64,000 nucleotides of DNA, taken from the NCBI GenBank assembly GCA_964304625.1, contig OZ199839.1:5772311-5836310 (forward strand), read 5' to 3'. A program made the position numbers and the translations under genes. The DNA is from Kudoa neothunni. Lineage: Eukaryota > Animalia > Cnidaria. Position 1 is the stretch's first letter. Each line of letters begins with the position of its first letter. Below, in pieces: positions 54,723 through 64,000 of this stretch. The notes beneath the pieces were generated by a model. That model was not told the origin of the DNA. It made no database searches and was given only the letters and a program-made list of their open reading frames with translations.

Positions 54723-57700
54723 TTAAAGATGACACAATTGTGTCCAAAAACTAAACATAATCATTTAAAATGAAATATATTTTAAAACATTATTTTTACT
54801 ATAATGAGCCGGCAGAGATAATTAAAAAGCGAGAGTGATAAGTCGTCACGAGACAAGCTTGGCGGTTTAATAAAATTAGTTTAAAAACAAGGTTCAAGCT
54901 TGAAAACTTTAAGTAAAATTAATGATAAATAAAATTTTTAATTTATTAATTAAAAATAATTGTTCCAAAATTATACGGATTCAATCATTATAAGATATTT
55001 ACTATATATAATATCAGATATAAATATTATTAACAAATTGTGTGTTAACGTTAAATTCGATTAAACATTTACGATATTAACGTGGTTCACAGGATATTTT
55101 TTTGGGAAAATAAAGGTCACGGCTGAAAAAGGTTGGGAAACACTTATCTCTATTCACACTTCAAATATATATTTGAGATTAATTTTTCGTCTAAATAAGT
55201 ACCAACATATTTTTTTGCTTATAATAAAAATAGATGCATTTTAAGATTAAAAGTTTATAAATTACACAATTTTTTAATTTTTTAAATTTATTACTAAAAT
55301 GATATAAAATTATATTCATATAAGAGTTCACAATTTATTTAATTTAAACATTTAATTGTTCAATAAACTAGACCTAACCCAACAAATTCCGATAAAATTG
55401 ATGCATACTCAATAAAATTAACATTTCCAATGGTAATTTTCAATTATATAAATCCAAAAAATAACATAAACTAAAAAAAATGGTTCTACATTTAAAATAA
55501 AAACTCGGTTATCATTTATTTTAATTAATGTATAGTTTTTGTTAATAATTTAGCACGGGCCTCCAACATCTCGCGCCTGTTCCATAACGAAGAGAGAACG
55601 ATTGTGCAGTCTGGCCAAAAACTTATTTTATACAGGATTATTGCTTCAAACAACATAAAAATCATATTATTGAATTTATACCTATATTACGGTAAATATA
55701 TTTGTCGAAGAACGATAAAACTATATAAAAAATTTTTTAAATTTGTATACTAAACATATATTAACTGGTAAGTGATGGAAATTAGACAAAAAAAAATGGA
55801 TTAATTTAAGTGTTTAAAACTTTATCCACATAGAATGTTCCAATTTAAATATTTATTATTATTTTTTAAACGAATACACCAGGAGAAAATTGAAAAAATA
55901 ATACCACCATAGATGAATTTGCAGAGGTTTTTGTTTTAGCTAATAGATAAATCGAATAAAAAACTTTTTCGAGCATCCAGTAATACTCTATTCTCAAAAC
56001 CCCACTCGTCAATCCCTAGTCTGACTTGTTCACGCGCGTTTGATGGGGCAGGATACTGTAATCATGTCAGTTTGCCAAATTATGTCTAATTTCGAATTCC
56101 CTGCAAAAACAAATTAAGAATAAATATGCTGAGTGTTTAAATTTTGAAGTTAATGAATTATTTTCTAGAGGAAGAATTTCTTACAGCTTATAACACGAGA
56201 TTAAACCGTATTTATGTATTTTAGCAAAAGTGCTAATTTCGTATAGATTAATTAGGAATGTGAATTAGACTTTAATTCCATTGATATTAATATTTCATTA
56301 AATTAATTTTAAATTAATTAGAGCGATTTTAAAAATTTATCACATTAGTTATAATCACGAGTTAAGAATGTAGATTATTATTTTTACAGAATTTCATCAC
56401 AAATTACAAAGTATTACGTAATAATATTAAACATAAAAATGTTCTCAATTAGAATGCAATACTAACTTATACAATAAAATATGCGTGTTGATCTGCTAGT
56501 TTATTTCGCTTAGAATTGTAAAAAATATTAATTCATATATTCTTGTAAAGAGGTCAAAACTTAATTTAATTGATAGATGAATATGATAAATAATAATTTG
56601 GTGTAAAGTATAAGAACAGTTTTTGGCCACAATTGTTTTAGCTTATACAATAATGAATAACTACGAAAACAATGTAACTTAAACATATTGTCAAATTTAA
56701 ATCGATAAAAAGCATAACCCATGCCATGTAAAACTGATTAATAATATTTTTTTATAATTTTGATGTGGTATTTTTGTGAAATTTCTATGCAGAGCAAGAA
56801 ATAAAATCGGATCACATTTAATCTGTAAAAATTGACCGAGTGAGTTACTGAGGGAAAAAATTAGAATGAACACACACACAGCCATCTCTGTCCTATTCAT
56901 GTTATATTATTTTTTCATCGAAATTGAATGCAATAATCAGGAAGTATATAAAAATTATTAATCATAAATTATACCTTAATAGAGCATAAATTTTGGATTG
57001 GTGATTCTCATAAACAGATTCCAAACGCACTATTTTTGTTACCGGAGAATAAACGTCTTGGATGGAGAAAAGAAATGGATAGAAAAAGCCCTAATTAAAG
57101 CAGGCCATTGTTACTGTAATGAATAGAGGGAAATTTTGGGTTTTCAACTTTTTAACAATATATATATCAGTTGTTCTCGACGGGTATTTTAAATTGATAC
57201 CCATAACTCGGAGAAAAATTAATATCTACTTTAATAGTTTGTACTGGTTTAGGTGTGGCATTGGCTTTATGCCTCGTAAATTTCAATCCTAAATAGCATG
57301 CACGCATATGCGATGGCGATTTTTAAACCCAACAACTCTGACTCCCAAGTTGTTTACCGATTTAATTTTTTAGAATCTGGTATATTTAATTATTTCTTGC
57401 ACATTCCTTCGCTCTTAGAATCTAAAAATGATTAAATATAGTCAACGCTAGTGGCACCCAAATATTATTTGCCATGCAAATAACTTTATTTAGGTATTAT
57501 TATGATACATCTCTACAAAATAGAAGAGATACAAAAAAGATTGATTCTAGTTTATTAATTGTTTTTAAGTAATTATTCCTAAAAATGGTCGAAGCATTAA
57601 TGACAACATCCTAATTGGGTTTAATAGTCCTGAATAATATAACTTTATAGACCCCAAAAATACGTAACAAACCGCATCATAAAATAATTACTCGTGTTCA

Positions 57701-58257
57701 GTTTTTATTTCATTTAAATTAACTCTTGTTATTTAAAATTTCCACTAAATTAAGAACCCCTGATATACACGGTGCAACCTCGGACTTCGACCATAATGGG
57801 TTCTAGAAGTGCGTTCTAACTCCGAATAATTTTTTCCCCTACAATATAATGACAATTAGTTTAATCCGTTACCACTCATCAAATAAATGATTATTTTTAT
57901 TGGAAATGACTATATCTCAGAAACTACTACACATATTTTATTCGTGTATTATCAAATATTTACATTACTTAATTTTTTGTACGGTTTAAAAAATCTTGAA
58001 GAAAAATAAATTTTCAGGAATGCAACCATCCTGCGTCCATTAATAGTCTAAAGTAACTTGCATATATTTTTAAATATTTTGAAAAAGCATAATTTATTTG
58101 TCATATTAGTTAATATAAATAATTCATTTTTAGTTTAGAAGTAATTTTAGTTCACAGTGTATTCTTCTTTGGGGTTGGAGTGGTACAAGATGAGTTCTAG
58201 TGTATTTATACATGGAATGTGGTTTAATTCTTTCTAAAATCTTTATATTGTCTTAAA

Positions 58258-59115
58258 CCCTCTAATGGATTTGGGGTTTTAAATCTATCCCAATGAGACA
58301 TTGTTTATTGTATAATTCGTTACTTATAATTTCAAACTTTCTGAGATTACTTGTATTCCTTAAAAAACAATTTTATTCACACGTTAAAATAAAATAACAA
58401 TTTATATCTATTGTATTGGCGGAAATATACATTTTCCGCCCTCCGATGGACTTAGGGTAAAAAATTACCACACAATTCTTGTTGCTAAAATTAAAGAAGA
58501 AATATTGTTTTGTGTAAATGATGAGTTTTAGGATTTTCTATGGACTAGATTTTACGCTGTAACGCTTATAAACTGTAAATAGATCACGTGATTCCACATA
58601 AAAACGTTTTTTGGTGATGATATTTTTCGGTGGGAATATTTGAAATGATGGCGGAATTATTATATGGTTTACTAATGGAGAGAATCATGACAACCAAAAA
58701 TCTTAAACCGTCTTATCTTTATTCCAAGAAAATGGATTAAAAAACCAACGCTGTGGTTGTGTGCGCGATTTGCAATAAATTCGACCTATTTATGGCATAA
58801 AAATAAGCTAAGGAATTAAACAGATAAATATTTTAATGTTAAAAGCTTTAATTAGAACAACACACAGCCAATCGAAGTCAAAATTAAAAATTAATAAGAT
58901 GGTCGTTGACGAAAATGATATGCGTAGGATTATCGGGATTATTAAAGAATTTATTTGTGTTATACCTCTTTATTCTTTTTTGCATCCATCAAAATCTTCA
59001 ATGTTTCTTCTTACGGAATTTTTTTGTAACGAACGAGAAAATAAAAATCAAAGGTAGTTTTCTACCATAGAGTCCAGTCCATCGGAGTGCAGTCTGTTTT
59101 TGCTCCATTAAATGG
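58258..59115. mobile_element. piggyBac-like MITE with a related element nested at 58439-59089
   Basis: Outer CCCTCTAATGGA / TCCATTAAATGG|TTAA. Inner CCCTCCGATGGACT / AGTCCATCGGAGTG. The terminal sequence is shared with 20694. Confidence 0.6.
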
Positions 59116-61499
59116 TTAATATAATATGAATAATTAAAATTCCGATTATCACAAACACTACTACTCTTTTCTAAAAACTTGTGTACTTTTAAATGGAAAA
59201 AGTCATATTTTCACAGAAGTTTTTGAATGTTGATCCTATAATAGAAAATAGAACATAATAAATAAAATGTTCCAACGACTATCAGCAGGAAAAAAATTTA
59301 AATAAACACATTCGGACTGGAGTTAAAATGAGAAAATTTTTTCATAATGTTGTTGGCCAATATAACTTCTGAATGTTGTGGGGAACTTTTCAATAAACCT
59401 ATGAGGTCTATTAGTCTAGTGGGAAAAATAACTAAGAATCATGATGGTGTTTTTACCGTTCGTTTCCTCAATAAATGTGATCACTTATTGGATATCACAA
59501 TATTTACAATTCAATAAAGTTGGAAATACGTGCGACAGCAAAGAAAAAAGAAATATTTTTTGATTTAATCTCTTAGAGTGAGAAAAAGGAGTCTTCTGTT
59601 GAATTAATAGGGATCTCACCTGTCAAAATGACAAAAGTTAGCAAAAATAATGAATTTCAACCTCATGAGGTACAATTAAATAAAAGTGATAAACTGAAAA
59701 TAGCATAGAATAGAATAGTCTCTATTAAAAGTTATTGGCAAAATATTATTATTTTTGGATTTTTGTATCTCAAATAGAATCAATTGTAAGGCTAGAAGAA
59801 ACTCATTTTTCACAGTTGTGGATATGAAGATGTATAAAAATAGTTAACCACATCAATCAACCGAAAAATTCAATATTACATTTGAAATTTTTATTCAGAT
59901 TATGATAAATATTATATTTTATTATTTCTACCTCGCAGACCAAGTCATCGTGCATTCTATTTTTTTTAGAAATTAAAAATAATATGAGAAAAGAAGATAA
60001 TAAAATTTTTTATTATTTTGTATCTGATAAATGATAAATTGCTTATTCTTCAAGTTCTTCTAAAACCTACAAAAAATTAAGTTACGTGGATATTCGATAA
60101 TATGTAAAATATTAATAAAATACATCCGGTATTTTTAGAAATATTCATTCCTTGAGATACAACGTGGACGCGATCGGATTATCAGGTACCTGTGATATAG
60201 CCACTACCATTTTTATTCTTATTTCTGAAAAAACATGCATACGTTATGTTTATAAAATGTAGCAAATAAATATTTAATATAATTACAAAAATGCATTTTA
60301 TTGGATAAATAAACTAGGAAGTTTATTTAACCTCATCATGCCCTAATATTTTATTTTTGATGTAAAAAATATATTGTGTAAAAATGGTTATTTATATGTT
60401 ATAACCATTTAAAAAGTTATAATGCTCAGAGAAATTTTTATTAGCCATTTTCACCAAATTACAGAAAAATTGGAAATTAATTAAAAATCCTTTGTTTGCA
60501 TCGCAAGAATATAAAAATTTACGTTATCTTTAAAATACATTGAAAAATTATTTTACCTGATTTTAAAATGGCTTATCGTAATCAAAATGCTTACATCGAT
60601 CAATTTATTTGTGCATGCGCATCATTTTTTATGTAAACTTATCATTTTCAAAACTACTCCGAATCTAAAAATATTAAAAGCTACAAAGTTTAATATTTTT
60701 TTGGAAAAATTGAGTTTAAGTATATATATTTTTTATTTTGAATTGGATATGATATATCATTCTAAACAATGTATATAATGATTTATTAGATAATACGCAA
60801 CAATAATCCCCGTATAATTTTTAAAATCAATTTCCAAATTTTTCAAATGTATAAATAACTATTTTTAAATTATTATAAATCATAAATTGGACCAGATTCT
60901 TTTATGAAATATAATACGATCATGCAAAAAATCTTTATTGTTTAAAATGGCGTTATTTCATATTTTTGAATACACATTCTTATATGTAATTAAGGATCGT
61001 ATTTTTCGACATTTACTACATTTTCATTTTATGTGTAAATTACAGTTGAATTATAATAAAAAATTGTCACAAACTGATAAAAATTATTATTATTATTTGA
61101 GTTAGGATCTTTTTATCGCATAATAAAAGGCCACAATAATATTCGGCGAGCATAATAAACGCCGAAAATTGCATTCCCTAATTATAATCCATTAAAATTA
61201 CTTATAATTTATTTGTACATAGTTAAATATCATTACAACATTTTAAAATTAATTTAGAGAAAATATTCCAATAGCACGCCATCATCGTGTAATGTTTTCA
61301 CTTGTTCATTTAAAATTTAGATAAACACTGAGAATGAAAGGTATAAATAATCTTTTTTGTAAAATTGAAAATAATATCTGTTTATAAACCAACAATATAA
61401 CTATAAATTTCATTAAAATTTGATATGAGTAAACAGCTGATTATCGTACTTAATTTTTTTTAATTTTTAGAGAATTTTTCGACGCCTACATAATGTGAA

Positions 61500-63910
61500 T
61501 CTGAAAATTATTAGGGGATCTGAAAAAATACGAATGTGTGACAATGATCGCTAAATACTGCAAATGGGGGACCACTCAAAAGCCAAAAGTTGCGGTAACT
61601 GTTATTCATGGATTACACTACAGATACGAGTAATTGTAAATATATCGTTTGTATTCGTTTTAAATTTTTCAAGACATAACCAAGAGGAATTAAATATTAT
61701 TCTTAATGACTCTTCAAATAGCGTAATACCTAATGATAATTACCAGCCAATCTTGGAAAAAATCGCCCTGATCGATGAAAGGACCAGTGCATTATTAACC
61801 TTATTGAAATATAGTTACGATTTCGATGAAGGGGTAATCTCTATAACTTCAGAGAGTAAACTAATTTCCCTCTAAAAGAAATTAAAACAGAATTCGATTA
61901 TTTTTTTATCTCTATCAAACTTTTTTATTGGATTGTTCACAAATAACCCCGTGATCTATGACGAACGTATGGTGAAACAATTTTCAATCCACAATAAAAA
62001 ATACACGTCTGTTGTTAGTGAATTTTTTTGTTTATCACTGATGAAAATAAAGTGGGCCTCAATTGAAGAATTAGTCCAAGTAATACAACCAAAGTTTATA
62101 ATAAGGATTCTACATTATGGTTTTAACGTGTTTCATGGAATATAATAGGAAAAAGTTCCTCCGCCTAAAAGTTTAATAGTCGACGTTACTCACCCATGTT
62201 TTCCCACTGGATACAAAACTATATTCGATAGTAAATTAATGGAGGATGGCTGCAACTTGAAATTATTACCAATTTATTCTGCAAAAGTGACGGGGCAATA
62301 CAATTCCAATGCCTGCCAACTGCTGATTCACTCTATACTTCACAATAGTAAAAGATGCAACCAAAACCAACCTTGCAACTTTTCATCTATAAAAAAATTG
62401 ATTTTTGGGAATGAAATAAAACTAATTAATGTATATTGGTAAATTGAGTTGATTAATAAATTAGATAAAGATTTACAACCCATATTTCAATATCGCTGAA
62501 ACGGGATCAAAGGACCTAAAATTAATTATTGAAGGAGAAATTAAATAATTATAGCTCTTCGATAATTACTAATGAAAAAATAGTATCTTAAAATTTTCGA
62601 AAAAATATCAATAAATATAACATTAAATAAAATAGTAATTGTAATGAAATTTAATTTAATTTAGACAACTGGGGAAATGACGTCACGTTGTTTCCAACTA
62701 AACATTATTTACAGTTTATTAAATGATAAATCACTCATTAGTGGAGATATTACAGTTTCACTCACAATAATGTAAACCCGTCGTTATTAGACATTATTAT
62801 TCACTTATTTTAGACCGATATACAAAAAAACTTTTATGAAAATATATTTTTCGAACATTCCCTTTGGATCTATATTATCCGAAAATGAAATACACTAGTA
62901 TTTTTTATGTTTATTTACTCAATTTACTCATTGTTTTATCATCTAACGAACTTGAGGTATTACAGTAGGCAATCGATTTTTCGTACTTTTTAACTTCTTG
63001 TTTCTCGTCTGCTCCAAAAGTCTCTGTAAAGATTTAATATTAGAATATCATATTAAAAATTTAATTAAAAAAAGTTTACAAATAAAGAAAAAATGATGAA
63101 AATACGAAAAATCCATTGTTGCGGATTTTCGTAGTTTTTAGATGGCAAAAAAATAAAAAAAGCATAAAAATTAAGGAAGAATTTAAAATAATCGAATATT
63201 TTGAACACTTGCCCTAGTAGGGAGCGGAGGATGATACTGTTCGATATTTTAAACTCCTTACAACTTCAACATTGGATGACATTCTTAATAAGAGAGAAGA
63301 AATAGTGAAATCCCATGATGGTGGGATAGCTTCATCGAAAAAAATTGAAATGTAGTATCAACAAAGAGCTTGATTCTGAGAAGTTTGAGCGGATTAATTT
63401 GATGCGCTAAAAAATAGAGCTAACTTCTATTGATATGATCAATAAAATGAGAGAATTGCGCTCAAATTATTCGTGTGTGGATTCATTAATAACAGACGGT
63501 TTAAACTTTAAAAAGTTTTAATCAATATTCAATCTAAAATGGCTAAATTATCATGATCTTCGTATTGTTGACAGCGATACAATTAAAAGTGGATTCTGAT
63601 GTTATTAGATGTAATAAAGGGCTGCTCACCCGACTGTGGTTTTAAAATTGACGAAACTTTTCTATACTATCAGCGACACGAGCTAAAAATTTTGTTTGTA
63701 TTATGTTTTGCATGGTTTTAGGAGAGAGCTGTGTCACAACTAAGGAGAATGCTATAACCGAATAAAAAAAAGTAAAAAGAATAACAATCCTCTTTGATGC
63801 TTTATATATCTGATAAGAAACTCGATCCTTTGATTATTTGGAATTCTGCTAATATTGAGGTGCTCCTAAAATGTAAAAAATCTTCTACTAAAGTATGAGT
63901 GCTGCGAAAA
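61500..63910 (+). pseudogene. Highly decayed hAT-like transposase
   Basis: Frameshifted CF.HWIQ (CxxH-like) near 62197 and LDPLIIW near 63820. Otherwise eroded. Confidence 0.3.
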
Positions 63911-64000
63911 ACATGAATGACCGATTATATGTTTATAAAATATATAACCGGTTTAAATAAGTTTTTTGAATAAATTACAATAAAATTTTTTTATATTTGA

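Larger units (their letters stand above)
51193..55145. mobile_element. Large hAT (Buster-like) element hosting nested insertions
   Basis: TIRs CAGTGTTTCCCAACCT / AGGTTGGGAAACACTT. Degenerate TSD ATCTACAT/ATCTCTAT. Confidence 0.75.

Overview
AT-rich eukaryotic nuclear DNA, most likely from an animal. Proteins are fast-evolving and introns are mostly short (about 40-90 nt, GT-AG). A reduced parasite such as a myxozoan fits this picture, but that is inference. Compact gene islands are separated by transposon-rich spacers. Recognisable genes are a REM+CDC25 RasGEF, a head-to-head NDUFS7/MRPL14 pair, a head-to-head pair of a stand-alone XTBD protein and FIG4, an atypical G-protein alpha subunit, and maelstrom (HMG+MAEL). 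There is also a probable micro-exon orphan gene. Mobile DNA includes a MULE with TIRs, hAT/Buster MITEs with 8-bp TSDs (some nested three deep), piggyBac-like elements, pogo/Tigger relics, a Gypsy integrase/LTR relic and Helitron ends. The most striking non-coding feature is a 1.25-kb two-variant (TAGGTTAAYG)n array with an internal 300-bp higher-order duplication, abutting a piggyBac-like end. I found no clearly novel multi-gene system. The best leads are the array, the divergent quinone-site residues of NDUFS7, the hybrid G-alpha and the orphan gene. Exon models were read by eye.
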